Source: Prochlorococcus marinus str. NATL2A (GTDB lineage: Bacteria > Cyanobacteriota > Cyanobacteriia > PCC-6307 > Cyanobiaceae). Taken from it: a stretch of DNA of 32,000 nucleotides. The position numbers and the translations under genes are program-made. The DNA lies in contig NC_007335.2 in the NCBI RefSeq assembly GCF_000012465.1, forward strand, positions 390,001-422,000. Direction: 5' to 3'. Below, piece after piece: positions 19,924-27,743 of the stretch (positions within the stretch are counted from its first letter, which is position 1; each line of letters opens with the position of its first letter). The notes beneath the pieces were generated by a model, which did no database searches, was not told where the DNA came from, and worked only from the letters and a program-made list of their open reading frames with translations.

Positions 19924-21089
19924 GAGATAGTTCCTAAGGCTTGATTCAAATCAGCACTTAAGTCTTCAATGTCCTCACATCCAATAGAAAATCGAATAAG
20001 TGAATCAGTAATTCCAATTTTTATTTTTGTTTCCTTGGACACTGAAGCATGTGTCATTGTGGCTGGATGGCAAACAAGACTTTCAATTCCACCGAGACTT
20101 TCTGCCATTTTGAAGTAATGAAGACTTTTACAAAATGAATAGGTTTGAGCTTGGGTTGCGTTAACAGTGGCAGTAACAATTGCTCCTCCCATAGCCATTT
20201 GTCTTTTTGCTAATTTACATTGTGGATGATCATTCCTGAAAGGATATCGAACATATTTTATTGCTGGATTATCGGCTAATTGATTAGCTATTTTAGATGC
20301 ATTATTAACTTGTCTTTCTAGACGAAGTGGAAGAGTTTTTATTCCTCGTGTAATAAGCCAGCAATCAAAGGGAGAAGGGTTTAATCCAAGAGCTTTCTGG
20401 GCGAAATTTAGCTTGTCTCTCCAGATAGCACTCTCAGTGCATACGGCACCTCCAAGTGCATCTGAGTGACCATTGATAAACTTGGTCGTGCTAGTTAAAG
20501 ATAAGGTCGCTCCAAGTTGAAGAGGTCTTTGTAATAGAGGTGTTGCAAAAGTATTGTCTACAACAACAGGTATTTTCATTTTATTTGCGAAATGACAAAT
20601 CCCTTCAATATCAATAATTTTGAGGAGTGGGTTAGTAGGACTTTCGATCCAAATCATCGCGGGTTTGTGATTTGAAATGACTTCTTGGAAATTAGGCTTA
20701 GTAAAGTCTATCCATTGAGTTTTTAATCCAAAACGATTAAAAACTTGTTCAAATAATCTCACCGTACATCCATAAAGATTCTCCTCACAAAGGATTAAGT
20801 CTCCAGCCTTAAGAGTGGAGACTATTGCTGTAATCGCAGCGACTCCAGAACTAAATACACTTGCGAACTTACATTCTTCCAGATCAGACAAAACTGATTC
20901 AAGAATTCGAAAATTTGGATTTCCTGAACGAGTGTAGTCAAAGCCACCCTCATTGCCATGAACGAACGTTGAGGTTGGAAAGATTGGCGGCATTATTGAA
21001 CCAGTTCCTTCAGAAAAATTATCTTTGTGATGAATGACTCTTGTGTTTACTCCAGTGCTGAATTCCTTCTCTCTTTTTACTGATCCCAT
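19920..21089 (-). CDS. Cys/Met-metabolism PLP enzyme (cystathionine gamma-synthase / beta-lyase / O-acylhomoserine sulfhydrylase family)
   Basis: 389 aa with the canonical family signature SLTSTTKFINGHSDALGG and typical length. The exact reaction cannot be assigned from sequence alone. Confidence 0.8.
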   Translation of the reverse strand: MGSVKREKEFSTGVNTRVIHHKDNFSEGTGSIMPPIFPTSTFVHGNEGGFDYTRSGNPNFRILESVLSDLEECKFASVFSSGVAAITAIVSTLKAGDLILCEENLYGCTVRLFEQVFNRFGLKTQWIDFTKPNFQEVISNHKPAMIWIESPTNPLLKIIDIEGICHFANKMKIPVVVDNTFATPLLQRPLQLGATLSLTSTTKFINGHSDALGGAVCTESAIWRDKLNFAQKALGLNPSPFDCWLITRGIKTLPLRLERQVNNASKIANQLADNPAIKYVRYPFRNDHPQCKLAKRQMAMGGAIVTATVNATQAQTYSFCKSLHYFKMAESLGGIESLVCHPATMTHASVSKETKIKIGITDSLIRFSIGCEDIEDLSADLNQALGTIS

Positions 21090-21102
21090 ATCCTTTGAAT
21101 AG

Positions 21103-21125
21103 TTTTTCTATAGGCTATAGAAAAA
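21103..21125. promoter_or_regulatory. perfect 23-nt palindrome TTTTTCTATAG-G-CTATAGAAAAA upstream of the metC-like gene
   Basis: 11-nt arms around a central G, checked base by base. It lies 14-36 nt upstream of the ATG at 21089 and directly after the rpsD terminator. Confidence 0.4.
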
Positions 21126-21128
21126 CAT

Positions 21129-21153
21129 GAAAAAGCCCCTAAAGAAAGGGGCA
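21129..21153 (-). terminator. Rho-independent terminator of rpsD
   Basis: The minus strand reads GCCCCT-TTCTTT-AGGGGC followed by TTTTTCATGTTTTT, about 40 nt after the rpsD stop. Confidence 0.75.
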
Positions 21154-21190
21154 CTATAATTAAATTTAATGAGAAAGAAGCTATGAGGGC

Positions 21191-21799
21191 CTATACCTTT
21201 CTTGAATAATACTCAACAACTAACAATTCATTAATTTCAATAGCAACCCATTCCCTATCTGTCTTTGCAGATATCTTTGCCGAGAGTTTGGTTTTATCAA
21301 GCTCAAGGTGTGGAGGAACATTCGCAAGACCTGGGAATTCTAAGTTGGCTTGAGCTAATTGCTTACTAGCTTTGTTGTCTCTGATAGCAATAACATCTCC
21401 AGCCTTGCATTGGTAGCTTGCAATGTCAGTGATCCTGCCATTAACAGTTACATGTCCATGGTTTACTAGCTGTCTTGAGCCTGGGATTGTAGGCCCAAAC
21501 CCAAGTCTAAAACAAACATTATCAAGCCTATTTTCCAGAAGCTTTAAGAGATTTGTTCCTGTGGAACCCTCCTGAGCACGAGCTTTCTTTACGTAGCGAA
21601 CAAGCTGGCGTTCAGAAATACCATAGTTGAATCGAAGTTTTTGCTTTTCTTCGAGTCGGATCGCGTATTCAGAGCGCTTGCGACGGGCTTGGCCGTGCTG
21701 ACCTGGTGGATGAGACCTTTTAGCGGCCTTCCGGGTGAGACCAGGTAGGTCTCCCAAGCGTCGCGTGATCCTCAAACGAGGTCCGCGGTATCTAGACAT
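21191..21799 (-). CDS. rpsD: 30S ribosomal protein S4
   Basis: 202 aa. [22 protein letters not shown] ... and the S4 RNA-binding domain ([30 protein letters not shown]). Confidence 0.97.
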   Translation of the reverse strand: MSRYRGPRLRITRRLGDLPGLTRKAAKRSHPPGQHGQARRKRSEYAIRLEEKQKLRFNYGISERQLVRYVKKARAQEGSTGTNLLKLLENRLDNVCFRLGFGPTIPGSRQLVNHGHVTVNGRITDIASYQCKAGDVIAIRDNKASKQLAQANLEFPGLANVPPHLELDKTKLSAKISAKTDREWVAIEINELLVVEYYSRKV

Positions 21800-21890
21800 A
21801 GGGGTTTAATTTAGAAAATGTTTACTGGTAAGGGTAATCTGGAATAAATCCATTGGCCCCTTATTCACCAGTTCATTATTCTATCTAAAG

Positions 21891-22130
21891 ATGCTTACAA
21901 AGATCAATAAAGCCATTGCACTTGTTTTTGTTAGTTTGATTTCCTTTTATCAGAAGTGGATTTCGCCATTGTTTGGACCGAGTTGTCGATTTATCCCTAG
22001 TTGCAGTGCTTATGGGATAGAAGCCGTTAATAAGCATGGTCCCTGGAGAGGGGGGTGGCTGACTTTGAAAAGATTAAGTAAATGTCATCCTTTGACCCCT
22101 TGTGGGTGTGACCCAGTTCCAGAAAAATGA
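21891..22130 (+). CDS. yidD: membrane protein insertion efficiency factor YidD
   Basis: 79 aa with the YidD signature [15 protein letters not shown] ... RLSKCHP. Confidence 0.9.
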   Translation: MLTKINKAIALVFVSLISFYQKWISPLFGPSCRFIPSCSAYGIEAVNKHGPWRGGWLTLKRLSKCHPLTPCGCDPVPEK

Positions 22131-22438
22131 ACTCAGATGTATTGATCTTGTATTCACGTAAAGGCTGCTGCTTGTGTCAAACACTTGAAAAAAAATTATC
22201 TAGGATATGTTTAGATAATTTAAACCCTTCTATTGAACTTTCCATTGTCGACATAGATAGTAAAACAGTGTCTTTAGATATACAAATGAAGTATACAAAT
22301 GAAGTTCCAGTAATAGTTCTTGACTCAACTAGATTATTAAAAAATATTGAATTTCCTCGGGTCTCTCCACGTTTAAAGGAAGACATGCTTTTATCTTGGA
22401 TACAAAAGAATTTGAATATTTTGTACAAAAAAGTTTAA
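22127..22438 (+). CDS. glutaredoxin-like / thioredoxin-fold protein (DUF836-like)
   Basis: 103 aa with an N-terminal [14 protein letters not shown]-x-x-C motif in a beta-alpha context. The ATGA overlaps the yidD stop. Confidence 0.55.
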   Translation: MNSDVLILYSRKGCCLCQTLEKKLSRICLDNLNPSIELSIVDIDSKTVSLDIQMKYTNEVPVIVLDSTRLLKNIEFPRVSPRLKEDMLLSWIQKNLNILYKKV

Positions 22439-22627
22439 GAAAATAACCAATTCTTCTTTTTAATAAATTTCTTTATTGATTTCAAAGAGAAAAACATAAT
22501 TTATTTTTTTAACAACTAAAGTTATTTTGTGAAGATGATTAAATTTCTTTTTAATTACTGAATCGTAAGTTGATTTATTTTGTGGTGAAAATCATGCAGA
22601 TCTTTTTATACTTGAAATGAGCGTTCA

Positions 22628-24184
22628 TTGATTTTTCATTATCCGAGGTTTGTTTTGTCGCGTTATCTGCACACTTTGTTGAAAGCAATTGATCTTCAGG
22701 TCCGCTCAGGGTTAGCAAATCCAGAAATAAAAAATCTTTCCACTGATTCTAGAGAAATCGAAAAAGGTGATTTGTTCTTAGGTTTAGACGGTGAAAAAGT
22801 TGATGGAGGGAACTTTTGGGCAAAAGCAATTGAGAGAGGTGCTTGTGCAGCCATTATTAGTAAAAAGGCTTCTCTTTTAAATCCGCCAACTAACGAAGAC
22901 CCCGTAGTTATTCTCCCAGAGCCAGTATCACTATTTATGGGTAAATTAGCTGCAGATTTTTGGGGTAAGCCATCTAGTGAGATTTGTTTGATAGGTATTA
23001 CTGGGACTAACGGTAAAACGACTACATCATTTTTAATTGAATTTCTGACTACTTCGCTTGGTCATCCATCCGCTTTGTTTGGAACATTAATTAATAGATG
23101 GCCTAACCATGAGGAAACTTCAAAATATACAACTACTTTTGCGGTCCCTTTGCAGGCAAAACTTAGGAAAGCCGTTCAGGCAGGAGTTGAATATGGAGCA
23201 ATGGAAGTAAGTTCACATGCTTTGTCTCAGAATAGAGTTGCTGGTTGTGATTTTAATGGGGCAGTATTTACAAACCTTTCAAGAGATCATTTAGATTATC
23301 ACGATTCAATGGAATCTTATTTTGAGGCTAAAGCTAGTTTGTTCCGATCACATCTGATCGAAGATGGTGGCCCTAGATCAGTAATTAATATAGACGATAA
23401 ATGGGGTGCAAAATTAGCAAAAGAGCTCAACAAAAAATGTTGGACATGTTCATTAAAAGAGAACTCCCAAACCAGAGAGAAAGCAGATTTATATATAAGT
23501 AATCTTCAAATTATGCAAGACGGATACAAGGGGAAATTGCATACGCCCTTTGGGGTTGAAAATTTTATTTCACCACTAATAGGTGAGTTTAATTTAATGA
23601 ATATGTTGCAAGCAGTAGGAATTTTAGTTCAAAGGGGACTCCCATTAAATGATCTTTTGGCAGCTTTGAACAAGTTCCCTGGAGTGCCAGGGAGAATGCA
23701 ACTGATTAACATGGATGGATTTAAAGTAAAAGAGGGCTATCCACTAGTGATAGTAGATTATGCGCATACACCGGATGGTTTGCAAAACGCTTTAATCGCA
23801 TCGAGATCATTGACGAAAAGAAGATTAATTTGTGTCTTTGGTTGTGGTGGTGATAGAGATAAAGGTAAAAGATCTAAGATGGGGGAAGTTGCTGCTAAGT
23901 TTGCAGATTATATAGTTGTGACATCTGATAATCCTCGACAAGAAGACCCAATCGAAATTATTAAAGATATTGGAAAAGGTATAACAATTGATTCTGAGAT
24001 TTCTGTTGAGCCAGAGAGATCCATTGCAATCCAATTGGCTATAGCAAAAGCCAAGAAAAACGACGTTGTTTTAATAGCAGGGAAAGGTCATGAGGATTAT
24101 CAAATTCTAAAAGATCAGACAATTTATTTTGACGATCGTGAACAAGCTAGAAAAGCATTATCTTTAAAAACAGATTTTATTTGA
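22628..24184 (+). CDS. murE: UDP-N-acetylmuramoyl-L-alanyl-D-glutamate--2,6-diaminopimelate ligase
   Basis: 518 aa with GITGTNGKTTT, the DYAHTPDG motif and the DAP-specific TSDNPR motif. The ORF opens at TTG 22628, and the TTG at 22655 is an alternative start. Confidence 0.92.
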   Translation: MIFHYPRFVLSRYLHTLLKAIDLQVRSGLANPEIKNLSTDSREIEKGDLFLGLDGEKVDGGNFWAKAIERGACAAIISKKASLLNPPTNEDPVVILPEPVSLFMGKLAADFWGKPSSEICLIGITGTNGKTTTSFLIEFLTTSLGHPSALFGTLINRWPNHEETSKYTTTFAVPLQAKLRKAVQAGVEYGAMEVSSHALSQNRVAGCDFNGAVFTNLSRDHLDYHDSMESYFEAKASLFRSHLIEDGGPRSVINIDDKWGAKLAKELNKKCWTCSLKENSQTREKADLYISNLQIMQDGYKGKLHTPFGVENFISPLIGEFNLMNMLQAVGILVQRGLPLNDLLAALNKFPGVPGRMQLINMDGFKVKEGYPLVIVDYAHTPDGLQNALIASRSLTKRRLICVFGCGGDRDKGKRSKMGEVAAKFADYIVVTSDNPRQEDPIEIIKDIGKGITIDSEISVEPERSIAIQLAIAKAKKNDVVLIAGKGHEDYQILKDQTIYFDDREQARKALSLKTDFI

Positions 24185-25387
24185 CTACTTAGTCGAGATG
24201 AAATTTTCTAGACCTATAACAAGGTTATTTATTTCGTTTGAATCTGTAGTTATATGAACGCAAGCACGAAGCCATTTAGGATCCTCGAGAACTCTGATCC
24301 ACAAATTCTCTTTACCAAGATAGTTGACAACCTCTTCAGGAGAATGGTTCCCATTAATGGTAAAACTTATAATTCCTGAGGGTGGTGGACTATTTAAAAC
24401 AAGTTCAATGTTTTTGATTTGATTGAGTTTCTCCCACAGGACACAGCTGAGGCTTTTAATCTTAAAAAAGCGCTCAGTCTCATTACCTTCATTTTTTAGC
24501 ATTGCTAGAGAGCTTCTGAGACCAGCTAAAAGAGGGATACAAGAAGTCGCTATCTCAAAACGTCTGGCATCAGAATGAAAAGGAGCTTTATTATTTATAT
24601 GTATTCCTTCTTCAGCTTTTAAGCTTTTCCAACCAATCAATGTTGGGCTTGATTCTTCTAGAACTCTTGCTGAAAGAACAACAGCGCCCAAGCCCTCAGG
24701 CCCGTAAGCCCATTTATGTCCTGTAAACGCATAGATGTCCGCAGTATCACAAGCACCTTTGCTTGGAATATGACAAAAACTTTGAGCAGCATCAACTAAT
24801 AAATAAGGTTTGCTTGAATGCTCTTTAAGTCTTTTTGAAATAAGTTCAATTGGCATAATTTGCCCTGTATTCCAAAGGAGATGTGAGAGAACAACAAGCT
24901 TCGTATTTTTTTGAAGATATTCATCTATCAATTTCAGTACTGAGTTATACGTCTCATCTTTCTTGTCGTTACCATTGCATAACTTTGATACAGGAAGTAT
25001 TGCTATTGTTAGATTCTTTTTTCGAGCTAACTCTTTGCATGCTGCGACTATCCCCGGATGCTCACAATCGCTAAGTAACAAATTATCACCATCAGAAAAT
25101 GGTAGCCCTAGTAAAGGCAAGACACATCCGGAGGTGACATTTTCAGTAAATGCAATTCTCTTGGGATGTATAGAGCAAATCTCCGCTATAAGATTTTTTG
25201 TGGTTATTACTTCTTTCGTAATGTATGGCCAAACATGATTTGTGAATGGACCTAATTTTTGAATTGTTTGCCAACTAGAAGTTATTGCATTTAATGATTG
25301 AGTTGGGAGTGGACCTTGACCTCCATAATTGAAATAAGCTTTATTTTGCAGCGCGGGCATATTGTCTTTGAACAATATTGGTGACAT
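24185..25387 (-). CDS. class V aminotransferase (cysteine desulfurase / isopenicillin-N-epimerase-like)
   Basis: 400 aa with the PLP-lysine block FTGHKWAYGPEGLGA and an N-terminal YFNYGGQGPLP. Its stop abuts the murE stop with a 0-nt gap. Confidence 0.75.
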   Translation of the reverse strand: MSPILFKDNMPALQNKAYFNYGGQGPLPTQSLNAITSSWQTIQKLGPFTNHVWPYITKEVITTKNLIAEICSIHPKRIAFTENVTSGCVLPLLGLPFSDGDNLLLSDCEHPGIVAACKELARKKNLTIAILPVSKLCNGNDKKDETYNSVLKLIDEYLQKNTKLVVLSHLLWNTGQIMPIELISKRLKEHSSKPYLLVDAAQSFCHIPSKGACDTADIYAFTGHKWAYGPEGLGAVVLSARVLEESSPTLIGWKSLKAEEGIHINNKAPFHSDARRFEIATSCIPLLAGLRSSLAMLKNEGNETERFFKIKSLSCVLWEKLNQIKNIELVLNSPPPSGIISFTINGNHSPEEVVNYLGKENLWIRVLEDPKWLRACVHITTDSNEINNLVIGLENFISTK

Positions 25388-25396
25388 ATCTTCTTT

Positions 25397-25431
25397 TTCT
25401 TAGTTGTGGTTACTAAGAATATCTTTTTTTT
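25397..25431 (+). terminator. terminator-like hairpin plus T8 on the + strand
   Basis: TTCTTAGT-TGTGGTT-ACTAAGAA (8-bp stem, 7-nt loop), then TATC and eight T. There is no + strand gene directly upstream; the nearest is murE, 1.2 kb away. Confidence 0.3.
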
Positions 25432-25558
25432 GCCAACTTACCAATTTGTGTCTGTCTTCTAGTTATGTCAACCTAACGCCTACCATTTTTTTAGTACTTT
25501 ATGAGCGATTAAAAAAACATGTTATTAAAGTATGATGGTTTTAATTTTTTATTGGTTC

Positions 25559-25693
25559 ATGAATATTAAAAAAGAACAAAAAATCAAAGCTCAAGAATGG
25601 GTGGTTATGTTCGATGGGCAAATAAAAAAAAGTGAGAAACAGATCGATTCTGATGAGCATCATTTAGAAGTTAACAATCAAAAGAGTGATTAG
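25559..25693 (+). CDS. hypothetical small hydrophilic protein (44 aa)
   Basis: Hand-translated ATG ORF, MNIKKEQKIKAQEWVVMFDGQIKKSEKQIDSDEHHLEVNNQKSD. It is below the ORF-track size cutoff and I recognise no homology. Confidence 0.2.
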   Translation: MNIKKEQKIKAQEWVVMFDGQIKKSEKQIDSDEHHLEVNNQKSD

Positions 25694-25819
25694 CTTTTGG
25701 TTTTGTTGGGCAAATTAGTGGAAATGATATTTTCTTGAACTTTTGAATTTATTTCTTTTAAAAGTGTTTCACTTTTTATGGGTTTTATATTAAAATGCTA
25801 TTCCTAATTAAGTTTCAAG

Positions 25820-25918
25820 ATGAAAATCGATTTTGGCCCCATAACTTTTAGCAGGATTGCTAGCATCCTTTTGATATTGGGTTTTTTCGGTCTTTTAGCT
25901 TATAATTCCACTCTTTAA
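25820..25918 (+). CDS. hypothetical single-pass membrane peptide (32 aa)
   Basis: Hand-translated ATG ORF, MKIDFGPITFSRIASILLILGFFGLLAYNSTL, with one clear hydrophobic helix. An AT-only 11-bp inverted repeat follows the stop. Confidence 0.25.
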   Translation: MKIDFGPITFSRIASILLILGFFGLLAYNSTL

Positions 25919-26039
25919 TATTATATTAGTTGATAAAAAAACAATATAATATTCTAATTACACATATATAAACTAAATTATTTTCTATCGCTGGTAATTA
26001 ATTATTTTTTAAAGTATTTATCACTTCAAAATCCTTTAA

Positions 26040-26176
26040 CTACAAATGTCTTTTCAATTATTGATCCATTGAATTTAAGTTTATATTAGGCCAATTTAAG
26101 TAGTTTCCATTTGTAGCTCTCGATGTCTGTATTCATGCAGTAGAATCACGTGAATTAATCAATACAAATGGAAACT
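26040..26176 (+). promoter_or_regulatory. three-box inverted/direct repeat element (CTACAAATG / AGTTTCCATTTGTAG / TACAAATGGAAACT)
   Basis: 26102-26115 is the perfect reverse complement of 26163-26176 (14 bp). 26108-26116 is also the perfect complement of 26040-26048 (9 bp). A TAGAAT -10-like hexamer (26141-26146) and the TCACGTGA palindrome (26145-26152) lie between the arms. Confidence 0.4.
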
Positions 26177-26199
26177 TCAACTATACTGATCCAACCTTA

Positions 26200-26406
26200 T
26201 TGATGCTGATAGGAGGAATTGTTGTTTTATTAGCCGGCTCAGTAGCCTATGGCGTTTATTCAACATTCGGTTCGGGCTCAAAAGAGCTCAGAGACACTAT
26301 TGATGAGCACGCAAAAATGCATGAATTAGGTATTGCGCATGGTCATGGTGGAAGTTCAGAGGCCTATGAGATGTCTGGAAAACTTCAAAAGGATCAAATT
26401 TCGTAA
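26200..26406 (+). CDS. hypothetical small membrane-anchored protein with His-rich segment
   Basis: 68 aa. An N-terminal hydrophobic helix (LIGGIVVLLAGSVAYGVY) is followed by a soluble tail with HAKMHELGIAHGHGG. The likely start is ATG 26203, which overlaps a mini-ORF stop (TGATG). Confidence 0.45.
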   Translation: MMLIGGIVVLLAGSVAYGVYSTFGSGSKELRDTIDEHAKMHELGIAHGHGGSSEAYEMSGKLQKDQIS

Positions 26407-26577
26407 AAACGAAAGTCTCAAAACTTTATTTTGATGAAAAATTGTGTTTATAAAAAATTTCATCAAGATATTTAAACTACTGGGATGTAATATTCAACAA
26501 TTGATTTTAGATAAACTGTTCACATTGAATGAAGATAATAATTTCTTCGAGAAAGTAATTTCTTCTGATCTTTTCTC

Positions 26578-27246
26578 ATGTTGATCAGCGTCTTGACTGG
26601 CTTCTCTGCTGGGGCAGTGCATGTAGTTAGTGGTGCTGATCATATAGTCGCAATGGCTCCTTCCTCTGTCAGAAAACCTCGAGTAGCTTTGATTAATGGG
26701 TTGGCATGGGGGATTGGGCACTCAGCAGGGGTTTTAATTCTCTCGATATTAGGGATTTTGGCTAAAGACCTAATAAACATTGAACTAATGTCTTCTTATG
26801 CAGAGTTTCTTGTTGGTATAAGCCTTCTGATTGTGGGGGGAGTCGCTATTAGGACTTCCTTGAAAGTAAACATTCACATGCATCAGCATATGCATGGAGA
26901 AGAAGCGACTCACAAACATTTTCATTTCCATTCACTTGGAAATAAACTTCATAGAAGTCATACACATGCTGCAACTGGATTAGGGGTTTTACACGGGTTC
27001 GCTGGAGCCAGTCATTTGGTTGCAGTTATTCCAGCATTAGCATTACCTTTGTTTGGAGCATTGGCTTATCTATTTGCATATTTACTTGGATCAATTTTTG
27101 CAATGGGATGCGTTGTTTTAGGAATATCTTTTGCAACGAGTAAAGTGAATAAAATGTTTTATCCTTTCTTGATGAGATCAATAGGAGCACTATCAATAGT
27201 GACAGGAATATTTTGGCTTCAAAAGACCTCAATTCTAACTTTTTAA
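26578..27246 (+). CDS. His-rich-loop metal (Ni/Co-type) transporter, HupE/UreJ- or NicO/RcnA-like
   Basis: 222 aa with a 3+3 TM architecture and an internal repeat (GAVHVVSGADHIVAM versus GVLHGFAGASHLVAV). The first copy fits the HupE/UreJ H-x3-G-x-D-H pattern. The central loop NIHMHQHMHGEEATHKHFHFHSLGNKLHRSHTH has 11 His. Confidence 0.55.
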   Translation: MLISVLTGFSAGAVHVVSGADHIVAMAPSSVRKPRVALINGLAWGIGHSAGVLILSILGILAKDLINIELMSSYAEFLVGISLLIVGGVAIRTSLKVNIHMHQHMHGEEATHKHFHFHSLGNKLHRSHTHAATGLGVLHGFAGASHLVAVIPALALPLFGALAYLFAYLLGSIFAMGCVVLGISFATSKVNKMFYPFLMRSIGALSIVTGIFWLQKTSILTF

Positions 27247-27258
27247 AAGTATTGCTTC

Positions 27259-27393
27259 ATGAATTACACAGCTAGCCTTTTTGCTTTGGGGGGGTTCTTT
27301 TTGTGGGTTGTTATCGCGACACTTATATGGGCAAGAAGAATGAGAAAACTTAAAAAAGAATATTCTCTAAATAAATCAAAGTTCAAAAATTAA
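27259..27393 (+). CDS. hypothetical single-pass membrane peptide (44 aa)
   Basis: Hand-translated ATG ORF, MNYTASLFALGGFFLWVVIATLIWARRMRKLKKEYSLNKSKFKN. It has one TM helix followed by a basic tail and starts 13 nt after the transporter stop. Confidence 0.3.
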   Translation: MNYTASLFALGGFFLWVVIATLIWARRMRKLKKEYSLNKSKFKN

Positions 27394-27479
27394 TTGATAC
27401 ATCATTTTTCATCTTTAGATACATATTTATCAGTGAAAATTATTAAAGATTATGTATGATTAATTAACTATAAAGAAGA

Positions 27480-27743
27480 GTGATGAAAGGTGTTTTGTTT
27501 TTTTTAGGTTCTATCTTTAGATGGCCTGTTCAAAATAGTAAAGAATTTTTGATTCTGCATGTTTATCTTTTAGGTATATATGGAATAACTTTTTTGCTAA
27601 GAAACTTAGGTTTAGAAGTGTCTAATCTTATTTTTACAGTTGGACTAATGGCTCCAATCGGTTATCTCATTTATAATGGACTGCCTTTAGATTGTCTTGA
27701 TTATAAGTCTGCAATTAAAAGAGAATTAAGTTCTCTAAATTAA
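27480..27743 (+). CDS. hypothetical small membrane protein (87 aa)
   Basis: ORF with 2-3 hydrophobic segments. GTG start at 27480 or ATG at 27483. I recognise no family. Confidence 0.35.
   Translation: MMKGVLFFLGSIFRWPVQNSKEFLILHVYLLGIYGITFLLRNLGLEVSNLIFTVGLMAPIGYLIYNGLPLDCLDYKSAIKRELSSLN

Noticed and set aside
22533-22585. Direct repeat TTATTTTGTG (two copies about 43 nt apart) upstream of murE.
   Set aside because: It is a 10-mer of mostly T/A in an AT-rich spacer, well within chance expectation.
25917-25953. 11-bp perfect inverted repeat AATATTATATT / AATATAATATT with a 15-nt loop, right after the 32-aa ORF stop.
   Set aside because: It is composed only of A and T in a very AT-rich spacer. 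It is expected by chance, thermodynamically weak, and has no T-tract after it.
26407-26577. Looked for a cobalamin (B12) or other metal riboswitch upstream of the HupE/UreJ-like transporter, since cyanobacterial hupE genes can be B12-regulated.
   Set aside because: The 170-nt spacer is almost pure A/T with no GC-rich B12-box-like core. Only a 9-bp AT hairpin is present (26431-26439 / 26458-26466), which may be a weak terminator for the upstream small ORF.
26494-26721. 75-aa minus-strand ORF overlapping the start of the His-rich transporter.
   Set aside because: It overlaps the first 144 nt of a protein with clear transporter motifs and has no features of its own, so it is treated as a shadow ORF.
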